The notes under the pieces are model-generated. The model was not told the DNA's origin and searched no databases. It saw only the letters and a program-made list of their open reading frames with translations. A DNA stretch of 46,360 nt from Actinomycetota bacterium (GTDB taxonomy: Bacteria > Actinomycetota > UBA4738 > HRBIN12): positions 1 to 46,360 of the forward strand of contig JBDUEF010000003.1 of the NCBI GenBank assembly GCA_040002535.1, read 5' to 3'. The position numbers and the translations under genes are program-made. This document shows positions 1 through 8,767 of the stretch, piece by piece (within the stretch, counting starts at the first letter, position 1; the number at the start of each line of letters is the position of its first letter).

Positions 1-1
1 C

Positions 2-67
2 TACGACGAGCGGGCGGCCGGGCTGCTGATGGAGCGCACGCTCGCCTTCCTCCAGCGCGTCGGCTGA
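2..67 (+). CDS. 3' end of a gene truncated by the window edge, probably dienelactone hydrolase family
   Basis: Frame 2 reads YDERAAGLLMERTLAFLQRVG*, resembling the C-terminal helix of dienelactone hydrolase-like alpha/beta hydrolases; only 21 codons are visible. Confidence 0.5.
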   Translation, partial: YDERAAGLLMERTLAFLQRVG

Positions 68-145
68 AACGGAAAGATCGAGCGGGGCTGCGGGGGCAGG
101 GTGCTTTCGCCAACGCCAGTGCAGCCCGGGCTAGGGAGCCAGCTG

Positions 146-1132
146 TCAGCCCGCTCGGTGGTCGAGGACGGGGTACACCATCTGGGACCCCTCTATCCCC
201 TTGAGCTCGACCTGGCGGGGCTCTCCGAAGCTGTACCAACCTGTCGGCCCGATCAAGTCATGAACGAGGGACGACACCACGATCTCCCCACCCGAGGCCG
301 AGGAGGCGATCCGGGCTGCGTAGGCAACCGCGTGTCCGAAGAAGTCGTCGGCCTCGCGGATCGTCTCGCCCACGTGGAGCCCGATCCGAACCCGGATCGG
401 CGAGCCGGGATCGTCGAATCGCTCGCCGAGCCTCTGCTGGATCGCGAGGGCGCAGGCGAGGGCTCGTCGGGAGGAGGGGAAAGCCAGCATGAATCCGTCG
501 CCCTGATTCTTCACGACCTTGCCGTCGAACTCTCCGGTGACTGACTCGATCACCTCGTTGTGGACGTGGAGCACGGCCATCCATCGGTCGTCGCCGAGCA
601 GGCCGTTCAGCTGGGTGGAATCCTCGATGTCGGTGAACGCGATCGTGACCGTGCCGTCGGCCGACATGGTGCCGGAAAGGTCCGGTCGCGCCGCCTGCAC
701 CGACACGGCGATGTCGTCCACCGACGTGGTGAGGAGGAAGCCGTACGACTCGTTGGTGGCGGGCACCGCGCTTAACCACTGCACGATCTTCCACTCCCCG
801 TGCTCCAGGTGCAGCACGCAGGAGACGCGATACGGAACCGTGCCGAGTGCCGCCTCGAATTCCATCTCGGCGCTGGCCCAACCAACGGTGCCCTCCGACA
901 TGGCGTGGATATCGCTGACCCGTCGCCAGGGGAAGCCGCCCGTCTCGCGGATCTGCTGGATCAGCACGAGCGCTGCCTCGTCGCCGTCCCGCCAGTGCTC
1001 GGCGGGATCGGAGCCGTACCGCTCGAAGCCGGGCTGGCGCGAGAAGCGGTTGCTCACCGCCTGCTCGTCGCCGTCCCGGATCGCGTCGAGGAGGCGCGCC
1101 AGGACGTTCGCCATCTCCGGAGAGGGTTCCAT
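146..1132 (-). CDS. Class III adenylate/guanylate cyclase with N-terminal SnoaL/NTF2-like domain
   Basis: Cyclase motifs TIAFTDIEDST, KNQGDGFM, RIGLHVG, DFFGHAVAYAARI, LKGI. The N-terminal ~125 aa end in an NTF2-like 'VLHLEHGEWKIVQW'. ATG 1132 chosen because CACACT lies 6 nt upstream (leaderless pattern). Confidence 0.85.
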   Translation of the reverse strand: MEPSPEMANVLARLLDAIRDGDEQAVSNRFSRQPGFERYGSDPAEHWRDGDEAALVLIQQIRETGGFPWRRVSDIHAMSEGTVGWASAEMEFEAALGTVPYRVSCVLHLEHGEWKIVQWLSAVPATNESYGFLLTTSVDDIAVSVQAARPDLSGTMSADGTVTIAFTDIEDSTQLNGLLGDDRWMAVLHVHNEVIESVTGEFDGKVVKNQGDGFMLAFPSSRRALACALAIQQRLGERFDDPGSPIRVRIGLHVGETIREADDFFGHAVAYAARIASSASGGEIVVSSLVHDLIGPTGWYSFGEPRQVELKGIEGSQMVYPVLDHRAG

Positions 1133-1489
1133 CGGCACAGTGTGACAATCACGGAGCCGCCAGGCAAAGGCGCGGGGGGCAGCCTCACGCGCCGGGCGCG
1201 TGCACGATCAGACCCCTTCAGCGAATGCGAATGCGCGACTCCCTATGACTGTTCGCTCACGACCCGGTACGGGTGCCAGCGGTCGGTAGGCCCTTCAGGG
1301 CGAAACTCCACGCAGCGGGCTCCCTCGATGCGCGAGGCTAGATCGCGTGCCGCTCGACGTTGGCCATAGGGTCGTTCGTCGGTTCATGACCAGCCGGGTA
1401 CGTGGATGCTGGGCTGACCCCGCGGAGGCTGCCCTCCCCCGAAGAGCGGTCCGGTTGCAGCTCCCCGTGCGGTGATGTAGTGCTCATGC

Positions 1490-3364
1490 GTGCGGGAGAC
1501 CGGGAGAAACGTCGTCGCGGGGAGCGTCGCCGCCTTGGTGGGATCCGCGCTGGCGGTCCGGGCGGTCGCCGCTGACCCCCGTCTGGTCGTCGTCGCGATC
1601 GGGGCCGGCTGTCTCCTCACCTCGGTGCTGGGCGGCGTGGTCGTGGCCCGGTCGGGACACAGGGCCGGCCCTCTGCTGGTCGCGGCCGGGATCGTGGGCG
1701 CCATCTTCCTCCGCTCGAGCTCGGAGGGAGGAGCCGCCGGGTCAGACGTGGCGATGACGGCACTGGCGGCGGCAGCCGGAGCGCTGACGCTCGTCCTGGT
1801 GTCGCTGCCGGAGGGGACCTTCGGATCTCGTCTGCGGCGGGCCGTCGCGATGCTGGCCGTCTTCGGAACCGCGGTCGTTGCCGCGACCGCCGGGGCGCGC
1901 GGCGCCGACGCCGGCGTAGGGACGGCTGCCACCGGCGTCGGGCTGTGGCTCGGGGGATCAGCGATCGCCCTCGCGGGAGCCGGTGCCTGCGTCGCGTTGC
2001 TCGCGCGCGCCCGGGCGGCGCGGGGGGACGAGCGAGCGAAGCTGGCGTGGCCCGCCGCCGGCGCCTGTCTCACCGCGGGAGCGGCCACGGCCCTCGTCCT
2101 CCTGGGTCATGGCCTCTCTGTGGACGGCGGCTCCGCTGCCTCCTCGGCCGCGTGGGTCACGATCGGTCTCGCCCTCCCCATAGGCCTGATCGTCGGCGCC
2201 GTGGGATGGAAGCTGTTCGATGTTTGGAGGCTGGCCGGCTACCTGGCGGACTACCGGCTGTGGACCGCCTCGTTCGTCGCACTGGCGGTGGCGGTGGTGG
2301 CGGTGGTGGCCGTCGCGGTCGGATCGGTCCTGGACATCGGGTGGTGGCGTGCGATCGGGGTCGGGGTCGCCGCGGTGGTCACCGCGTTCCTCGCCGATGT
2401 CGTTCGCGCCCACCTGCAGGGCCGTGTCGATCGCCGGTTCGGTCAGCGCCAGGAGGATCCGGCCCGGACGATGGAGGATCTGGCCGCGCGCTGGACGACG
2501 GAGGATTGGGACACGCCATCCCTGCGTGGGCCCGTGTTCGACCTGCTCGCCCACGTGGCGCCGATGGCCGTCGCCGAGGGCATCGATGGCATCCGATTCG
2601 CCGTGCGCACCGACGACCGAGAGATCGGCCGGCACACGTTCGTCCACGGGGCCTACGACCTACATACCATGGAGCTCGCGGTGCGGCTGCTCGCCGATCG
2701 CGGCCTCGAGCTCCGCGGACGCACGTTCCTGGACGTGGGCGCGAACATCGGCACCGCGTCGGTCGTCGCGATCCGGCGATTCGGCGCCGCTGCGTGCGTG
2801 GCGATCGAACCAGCCCCCGAGAACCTGGAGCTCCTCCGGTGGAACGTCGCTCTGAACGGGATGCAGGACGTGGCGACGATCTTCCCGGTCGCCGTCTCGG
2901 ACCACGAGGGGCGCCTCACGTTGCGGCTGTCGGATTCCAACGCCGGTGACCACCGGCTCCGGACCGCCGCCGCCGGGCCGCAGTTCCGGCCCGACCGCCG
3001 CCGGGAGATCGAGGTGGACGTGGTCTCGCTGGACGGGTTGCTCGAGCGGGCAGGCATCGCGCTCGAGGCCCTGGGTCTGGTGTGGATGGACGTCCAGGGG
3101 CACGAGGGTCGCGTCCTGTCGGGCGCACCGACCCTGCTGGCCAGCGGCGTACCGATCGTCGTGGAGCTCTGGCCCTCGGGACTACGGGACGCGGGGGGAC
3201 TGGGATCGTTCTGGCAGGCCCTCGAGGAGAACTACCGATGGGCGGTCGACCTTCGCGCTGCATCGGACGACGAGCCACGTCCCATGTCGGTCTCGCAGCT
3301 CCGTGCATCGATCGGCGACGTCGGCGACCCTCAGTGGTTCACCGACATCCTCGCCGGATGGTGA
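1490..3364 (+). CDS. Multi-pass membrane protein fused to a C-terminal FkbM-family SAM methyltransferase
   Basis: About 9-10 hydrophobic segments in the first ~310 aa; C-terminal FkbM motifs FLDVGANIG, IEPAPEN, MDVQGHEGRVLSGA. Confidence 0.8.
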   Translation: MRETGRNVVAGSVAALVGSALAVRAVAADPRLVVVAIGAGCLLTSVLGGVVVARSGHRAGPLLVAAGIVGAIFLRSSSEGGAAGSDVAMTALAAAAGALTLVLVSLPEGTFGSRLRRAVAMLAVFGTAVVAATAGARGADAGVGTAATGVGLWLGGSAIALAGAGACVALLARARAARGDERAKLAWPAAGACLTAGAATALVLLGHGLSVDGGSAASSAAWVTIGLALPIGLIVGAVGWKLFDVWRLAGYLADYRLWTASFVALAVAVVAVVAVAVGSVLDIGWWRAIGVGVAAVVTAFLADVVRAHLQGRVDRRFGQRQEDPARTMEDLAARWTTEDWDTPSLRGPVFDLLAHVAPMAVAEGIDGIRFAVRTDDREIGRHTFVHGAYDLHTMELAVRLLADRGLELRGRTFLDVGANIGTASVVAIRRFGAAACVAIEPAPENLELLRWNVALNGMQDVATIFPVAVSDHEGRLTLRLSDSNAGDHRLRTAAAGPQFRPDRRREIEVDVVSLDGLLERAGIALEALGLVWMDVQGHEGRVLSGAPTLLASGVPIVVELWPSGLRDAGGLGSFWQALEENYRWAVDLRAASDDEPRPMSVSQLRASIGDVGDPQWFTDILAGW

Positions 3365-3384
3365 CGATCGGCGCAGGGGGGCCG

Positions 3385-4248
3385 CTACGGCCGGGGGCCG
3401 AACACGTACTCCTCTGCTTCGCAGACCCTGACGTAGCCGATCCGAGCGTAGATCGCGTTCGACGTGGGGTTGGCCATGTCGGTGAACAGGAAGCATGCGG
3501 GATCCCCCAGCGCCAGCCGAGCCGAGGAGAGCTCGGCCACCAGCCGGGTCGCGTAGCCACGGCCCCGGTGCTCCTGCGGCGTGTACACGGGGCCGATCCG
3601 TGCGCCGACGCCGGGGACCTCGCGATAGCCCGACACCGAGACGACCGCCGTCCCGTCCTCCCACAGCCAGTAGCCGCTGCCCCGCCCGACCGATCGCAGC
3701 TCGATGTCCAGGTCCGTGCGAGCGTCGTCCCGCGGGTGCTCGGGCGGCAGCGCCTCGTCCATGAACGCCCGCATCCACCGGCGCAGCAGGTCCCGATCCC
3801 CGGGCGTCGCGACACGCGCGGCGCCCGCAGGCGCCGGCACGTCGGCGACCGACGTCAGCCGCCACACGCCCTCCTCCAGGATGCGCTGGGCGCCGCGACC
3901 GGTGAGCTCGGTGACGCGGGCGGCGAATCGCTGGGCCCACGGACGGTTGGCGGTGACCCCGGGCAACGGGCCGGCGTCGGCGACGACCGCGTCGGCCAGC
4001 GTCTCGACGGCGTCGGCCTCGACCGGCTCGGCCAGCAGCAGGTTGTACGACTCGGTCTGCATCGCCAGACCCCGCGGCTCGCCGTCCCGCACGGCCATCC
4101 ACAGATGGAAGACCGGATAGACCTCGGGCTGGTCCTGCAGGACCTGCAGGACCGTCAGCAGAAGGTTGTTGCGTGCGGCGTCGGCGATCAGCAGCGGCTC
4201 GCCATCGCGGCGGAAGGATGCCGGATCGCCGTAGCGGAGAACCTCCAT
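3385..4248 (-). CDS. GNAT family N-acetyltransferase (FR47-like C-terminal domain)
   Basis: RIGPVYTPQEHRGRGYA acetyl-CoA motif and LFTDMANPTSNAIYARIGY; TAGCAT -10 lies 6 nt before the ATG. Confidence 0.88.
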   Translation of the reverse strand: MEVLRYGDPASFRRDGEPLLIADAARNNLLLTVLQVLQDQPEVYPVFHLWMAVRDGEPRGLAMQTESYNLLLAEPVEADAVETLADAVVADAGPLPGVTANRPWAQRFAARVTELTGRGAQRILEEGVWRLTSVADVPAPAGAARVATPGDRDLLRRWMRAFMDEALPPEHPRDDARTDLDIELRSVGRGSGYWLWEDGTAVVSVSGYREVPGVGARIGPVYTPQEHRGRGYATRLVAELSSARLALGDPACFLFTDMANPTSNAIYARIGYVRVCEAEEYVFGPRP

Positions 4249-4254
4249 CGCCGG

Positions 4255-4274
4255 ATGCTACACACCTCTACACT
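4255..4274. promoter_or_regulatory. Back-to-back -10 elements for divergent leaderless genes
   Basis: TAGCAT on - (4255-4260) is 6 nt before ATG 4248; TACACT on + (4269-4274) is 6 nt before ATG 4281; no SD sequence for either gene. Confidence 0.55.
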
Positions 4275-4280
4275 GAGCCG

Positions 4281-4652
4281 ATGACCGTCGGCGTGCGGTA
4301 CCTGGTGCAGGACCTGGACGCCACCGTCGACTTCTACCTCCGGCACCTCAGCTTCGGGGAGATGGAGCGGCTGGAGGGCGCGCCCTTCCGGATGCTGGCA
4401 CGCGGCGACCTCCGCCTGTGGCTCAGCGCGCCCGGCAGCTCCGCAGCGCGCCCCATGCCCGACGGCGCGCAGCCGGTGTCCGGCGGCTGGAACCGATTCG
4501 TGATCGAGGTCGACGACATCGAAGCCGAGGTGTCGCGCCTGCGTTCGGGCGGCGTCCGGTTCCGCAACGACATCGTCTCGGGCCCCGGCGGCAGACAGGT
4601 CGTGATCGAGGATCCCTCGGGCAATCCTATCGAGCTGTTCCAGCCCGCCTGA
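4281..4652 (+). CDS. VOC/glyoxalase family protein
   Basis: VRYLVQDLDATVDFY...GGWNRFVIEVDDIEAEV...EDPSGNPIELFQP; start at ATG 4281 rather than the longer ORF-track start. Confidence 0.88.
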   Translation: MTVGVRYLVQDLDATVDFYLRHLSFGEMERLEGAPFRMLARGDLRLWLSAPGSSAARPMPDGAQPVSGGWNRFVIEVDDIEAEVSRLRSGGVRFRNDIVSGPGGRQVVIEDPSGNPIELFQPA

Positions 4653-4655
4653 GCG

Positions 4656-5072
4656 CTACTCCAGGTGCTTCGCGCGCGGGTCTTGGGCGACCGGCTCGCG
4701 GTAGTCGGGGTCGCTGCGGGCCACCAGGAACTCCACCGCCGCCCAGATCATCTTGGAACGCGGGAAGAACCAGATGGGGATCACCACCATGATCACCACG
4801 CTCCCCAGCATGAGGGGCACGACCGGCACGTCGGGCACGGTCATGACGAGCACTACCACCAGCATCACGAGCCACACCGCGGTGGCCGCGATGTAGTTCA
4901 GCGTGAGAGCGCCGAGGAATCCTCCCTCCTCCTTCGCGAAACGCAGGCCGCAGCGCGGGCACGCGTTGCGCATCTCGAGGTACGAGACGAACGTGTCCCG
5001 AGCGCCGCAACGCGGGCACCGCTTCCGGAGGCCCCGCAGCAGGGCGACGAGGCCGCCGACCGGCGCGTACAG
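4656..5072 (-). CDS. DUF983-like membrane protein with two CPxCG zinc knuckles (start uncertain)
   Basis: The reading frame extends upstream of ATG 4973 with LLRGLRKRCPRCG, then MRNACPRCG, EEGGFLGA and two TM helices. No in-frame ATG/GTG/TTG upstream; CTG 5072 is a guess. Confidence 0.65.
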   Translation of the reverse strand: MYAPVGGLVALLRGLRKRCPRCGARDTFVSYLEMRNACPRCGLRFAKEEGGFLGALTLNYIAATAVWLVMLVVVLVMTVPDVPVVPLMLGSVVIMVVIPIWFFPRSKMIWAAVEFLVARSDPDYREPVAQDPRAKHLE

Positions 5073-5148
5073 AGGCGGCGACGCCGGCGCGCGCTGCGGC
5101 TCGCCCCCTGGACCGAGCGACGCGTACGCCCCCGAGCTCGTGCCACCG

Positions 5149-5868
5149 TCAGCGCCCGTGGTACACCGCCCAGAGCTTCCGGACAGGAGATCTGGCCCGC
5201 CACTCCGCGTGCGATCCCCGCGGCGTCACCAGGACGTCGCCGGGACCCACGTTCAGCACCCCGCCGCCGTCGATCGCCACGTCGACCTCGCCCTGCAGCA
5301 GGCAGGCGACCTCGTGGTAGTCGCGCAGGTCCATGGGCCCGGTCTCCGGTGCACGGCGCCAGAGACCGACGGCCGCCTGCCCGTCGAGCGAGCGGAACAC
5401 TACCGCCTCCTCGCCGGGGGGTGTCGGGTCGCCGGGCTCGGTCGGGATCTGGTTCCACGTCAGGTGCTCCGCGTTGGCGTCGATCGTGCGGATCCGCGTG
5501 TCGTCGCCCTGCGCGCCCTCGTAGATGACGAAGCACTTGGTCAGGGGCTCCCGGATGCGCCATGTGCCCTTCGCGCCGTTGGGCGTGACGAGGATGGTTC
5601 CGGGCACGAGCTCGTGCACGCGTCCGTCATCCGCCTCCATGTCCGCGGTGCCCCCGAGGATCAGGGCCACCTCGTCGTAGGAGCGTTCGAAGGCCCACGA
5701 GTCGGGCTCGCGGGCCCACAGCCCCACGGTCAGCTTGCCGTCGGGGCTGGTGAAAACGGTGGTCTCCGCCCCGCCGGCACCGGCCAGGCCCGCCGGCTCC
5801 ACCAACGGCGTCCAGTCGCCCTGCTGCGTCGATGGCACCACCTGGATCTCCGTTGCGCGCACGTGCAT
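5149..5868 (-). CDS. Tandem cupin (EutQ/DUF861-like) protein
   Basis: Two repeats of GLW...YxEVAxxLxG...GxxxVTPxG...W; SD GAGGAGG just upstream of ATG 5868. Confidence 0.78.
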   Translation of the reverse strand: MHVRATEIQVVPSTQQGDWTPLVEPAGLAGAGGAETTVFTSPDGKLTVGLWAREPDSWAFERSYDEVALILGGTADMEADDGRVHELVPGTILVTPNGAKGTWRIREPLTKCFVIYEGAQGDDTRIRTIDANAEHLTWNQIPTEPGDPTPPGEEAVVFRSLDGQAAVGLWRRAPETGPMDLRDYHEVACLLQGEVDVAIDGGGVLNVGPGDVLVTPRGSHAEWRARSPVRKLWAVYHGR

Positions 5869-5999
5869 TCCTCCTCGTCCGCTGGTACCCACGGGTTCGT
5901 CGTTCGTACCCGAGGCCGGCAGGCTACCTTCGGATCATCCAAGTCGTAGGTCGTGCGACGGGTCCCTCCGTCGGGACCCAGGGGTACAATCGCCCGACC

Positions 6000-6404
6000 A
6001 TGAAGAGCCACGGGACCCCGCTCGGGAAGAGCCGTCGCGCACAGCTCGGCGTCGTGGACTACACCCTGCAGAAGCGCTCGCTCCTGCGCGACGCGCGTGA
6101 CGGGCTCCTGGCGCTGACGGATCTGTGCGACGCCCATCCCGAGCTCGTGCGCGCCGCCAGGCATGTCGGGGAGCCCACCCGCCGCGACTGCCCGATCTGC
6201 GGCAAGGACGAGCTGGTGCTGCTGGCCTACGTCTACGGCGACGGCCTGAAGACGGAGAACGGCCGCGTCTGGTCGCTGGCCATCGGCATGAAGATGGCGG
6301 CCGCCAATCCGGGTTCCTGCTGCTACGTGGTGGAGGTCTGCCGCGGGTGCAACTGGAACCACCTCTCCGAGGCGTTCACCGCGCGCACGACCGCCGCGAT
6401 GTGA
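6000..6404 (+). CDS. DUF5318 family protein (Rv0049-like)
   Basis: VVDYTLQKRSLL...CDAHPELVRAA...CPICG...YVYGD...YVVEVCRGCNWNHL; sits directly upstream of ponA as is typical in actinobacteria; TACAAT 9 nt before the ATG. Confidence 0.85.
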   Translation: MKSHGTPLGKSRRAQLGVVDYTLQKRSLLRDARDGLLALTDLCDAHPELVRAARHVGEPTRRDCPICGKDELVLLAYVYGDGLKTENGRVWSLAIGMKMAAANPGSCCYVVEVCRGCNWNHLSEAFTARTTAAM

Positions 6405-6469
6405 CGGTCTGATCCGTCACCGTCCCGTCACAGGATCGCCGCACCGACGATCGGCCCTCCCGACGTTTG

Positions 6470-8767
6470 ATGACCGACCCCCTCGGTAGACTCGACCTCG
6501 TGTCTCTCGACACCGCCTCTCCTCGAAGAGGTTCCCGCAGCGGCAAACATGCCCCCGGCATCCGGTCGAAGTCCCCCAAGAAGAAGGGCTTCTTCCGGCG
6601 GTGGTGGTGGGTGATGCTCGGCCTCCCCTTCCTCGGGTTCCTGGTGGTCGCCGGCACGCTGGTCTGGGTCTACGTGCACCTGCAGCTCCCCGACACCCTC
6701 CCGCCGCTGCAATCCACCTATGTGTACGATCGGCAGGGGCAGCTGCTCACCACCCTCCACGGCACGGTGGATCGCACGGCGATCTCCCCGGGAAGGGTGT
6801 CCGACACCGTGAAGCACGCGATTCTGGCCGCGGAGGACGACGGCTTCTACCAACACCCCGGCATCGACCCGATGGGGATCGCGCGGGCGGCGTGGACCGA
6901 CCTGATCAAGCACGGCACCGTGCAGGGCGGCAGCACCATCACCCAGCAGGTCGTGAAGAACGTCTACGCCGGCACCTATGAGACCGATCCTGCGGGCGTG
7001 GTGACCTACACCGTGCCGCCCCGCTCGATCGGACAGAAGGTGCGCGAGGCGCTGTTGGCCCTGAAGCTCGAGTCCGAGCAGTCGAAGGATCAGATCCTGG
7101 CCACCTACCTCAACACGATCTACTTCGGCCACGGTGCCTACGGCATCCAGGCCGCCGCGAAGACCTACTTCGACCGCGACGCCTCGGCGCTGACCGACAC
7201 GCAGGCCGCCCTGCTGGCGGGGCTGGTCCGCTCGCCGAGCTTCTACGACCCCTCGGTGAAGGGCAACGAGCAGGTGGCTACCGACCGGCGCAACTACGTC
7301 CTGGATCAGATGGTGGAGAACGGATGGATCGAGCCCGCTCGTGCCGATGTGCTGAAAGCGCAGAAGATCCACGTGATCCCCCCGCAGGAGACGTTCAACA
7401 CGCCGGGTGACTCCGAGTACTTCGTTGACTACGTGAAGCGCGATCTGACCAAGCTCTACGGAGGGGCGAAGGTCTTCGGCGGCGGCATGCGCGTCACCAC
7501 CACCATCGACCTGACGTTGCAGCAGGAGGCGGAGGCGGCGGTGAAGGCGCACCTGCCCTCGGCGTCGGACCCCGCCGCCGCCGTGGTCACGATCGACGCC
7601 GGCACCGGCCAGGTGCTGGCGATGGTGGGAGGCAACAACTTCAACCGTTCGAAGGTCAACCTGGCCACGGGTGACGGCGGAACGGGCCGACAGGCCGGCT
7701 CGGCGTTCAAGCCGTTCACGCTCTCCGCCGCCATGGCCGACGGGTACGACCTGCGCAAGTACTGGCAGGGACCCTCCACGATCACCATCCCCAACAAGGC
7801 GTGCTACACCGACGGCAAGCCCTGGACGCTGTCGAACGCGTCGGACGCCGAGAGCGGGACATTCAGTCTGGAAGACGCGACCGCCTACTCGGTGAACACG
7901 GTGTTCGCACAGGTGATCGCCGAGCTCGGGCCGACCCGCGTGGTGGACATGGCCCACGACCTGGGCATCCGCTCGAAGCTCGGTCCCTACTGCGCGGCAA
8001 CCCTCGGGACGGAGGCGGTCAACCCCTTGGAGATGACCAACGCCTACGGCACCCTGGCGGATCGCGGCCTCCGCACGTGGGCAACGCCCCTGATCTCGGT
8101 GGACGATCGTCATCGTCAACCCATCCCCACGGCCGACGGCGGCACGCCCACCCCCCGCGCACGGCAGGTCTTGGATCAGAACGATGCCGACCTCGTGACA
8201 TCGGCCCTACAGGGCGTCGTGGACTTCGGCACCGGCACCGCCGCCGACCTCGGACGTCAGGTGGCCGGCAAGACCGGCACAGCGCAGGACTACGTGGACG
8301 CCTGGTTCTGCGGGTACCTGCCCGCGCCGTCGGCCAGGGCCGCGGCTCCCGACGGGTACGAGTCCGCTCCGCAGCTCGTCACCTGCGTCTGGATGGGCTA
8401 CCCGGAAGGGGAGAGATCCATGGACAGCGTGGAGGGCGTCACGCCGGTCTACGGTGGGACGATCCCCGCAGCCATCTGGCACGACTACATGGCGGCGGCG
8501 GTGGACTCCCTGCAGATCGACGCCACCGACTTCCCTGTGCCGTCCAACGAGGGCCACGACAAGGGCCCGCCGACGCCGGCGCCCGTCCCGCAGCCCTCGC
8601 CGGCAGCCTCGCCCAGCCACGAGCCGAGCCCCACGACCGACCCGAGTCCGTCGGGCTCCCCGAGTCCCACGGGTTCGCCCAGCCCCACCGATTCCCCGTC
8701 CCCGTCCCCGTCCGGCTCGCCGGCGGCACCGGCGCGTGGGCGACCCCCCCGGGGGCGTGGACCCTAG
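6470..8767 (+). CDS. ponA: Class A penicillin-binding protein (transglycosylase/transpeptidase, PonA1-like)
   Basis: TG motifs EDDGFYQHPGID, GGSTITQQ, QKVRE, YLNTIYFG; TP motifs SAFK, SVN, KTGT; N-terminal TM anchor and Pro/Ser/Thr-rich tail. Confidence 0.92.
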   Translation: MTDPLGRLDLVSLDTASPRRGSRSGKHAPGIRSKSPKKKGFFRRWWWVMLGLPFLGFLVVAGTLVWVYVHLQLPDTLPPLQSTYVYDRQGQLLTTLHGTVDRTAISPGRVSDTVKHAILAAEDDGFYQHPGIDPMGIARAAWTDLIKHGTVQGGSTITQQVVKNVYAGTYETDPAGVVTYTVPPRSIGQKVREALLALKLESEQSKDQILATYLNTIYFGHGAYGIQAAAKTYFDRDASALTDTQAALLAGLVRSPSFYDPSVKGNEQVATDRRNYVLDQMVENGWIEPARADVLKAQKIHVIPPQETFNTPGDSEYFVDYVKRDLTKLYGGAKVFGGGMRVTTTIDLTLQQEAEAAVKAHLPSASDPAAAVVTIDAGTGQVLAMVGGNNFNRSKVNLATGDGGTGRQAGSAFKPFTLSAAMADGYDLRKYWQGPSTITIPNKACYTDGKPWTLSNASDAESGTFSLEDATAYSVNTVFAQVIAELGPTRVVDMAHDLGIRSKLGPYCAATLGTEAVNPLEMTNAYGTLADRGLRTWATPLISVDDRHRQPIPTADGGTPTPRARQVLDQNDADLVTSALQGVVDFGTGTAADLGRQVAGKTGTAQDYVDAWFCGYLPAPSARAAAPDGYESAPQLVTCVWMGYPEGERSMDSVEGVTPVYGGTIPAAIWHDYMAAAVDSLQIDATDFPVPSNEGHDKGPPTPAPVPQPSPAASPSHEPSPTTDPSPSGSPSPTGSPSPTDSPSPSPSGSPAAPARGRPPRGRGP
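8565..8725 (+). repeat. Coding low-complexity Pro/Ser/Thr repeats (approx. 6-aa PSPTGS-like unit) in the PBP tail
   Basis: PSPAASPSHEPSPTTDPSPSGSPSPTGSPSPTDSPSPSPSGSP. Confidence 0.7.

Noticed and set aside
1139-1489. 350-bp gap between the cyclase and the FkbM fusion as a small gene or riboswitch
   Set aside because: The minus-strand open frame (~1243-1383) lacks a plausible start, and I recognised no known riboswitch consensus
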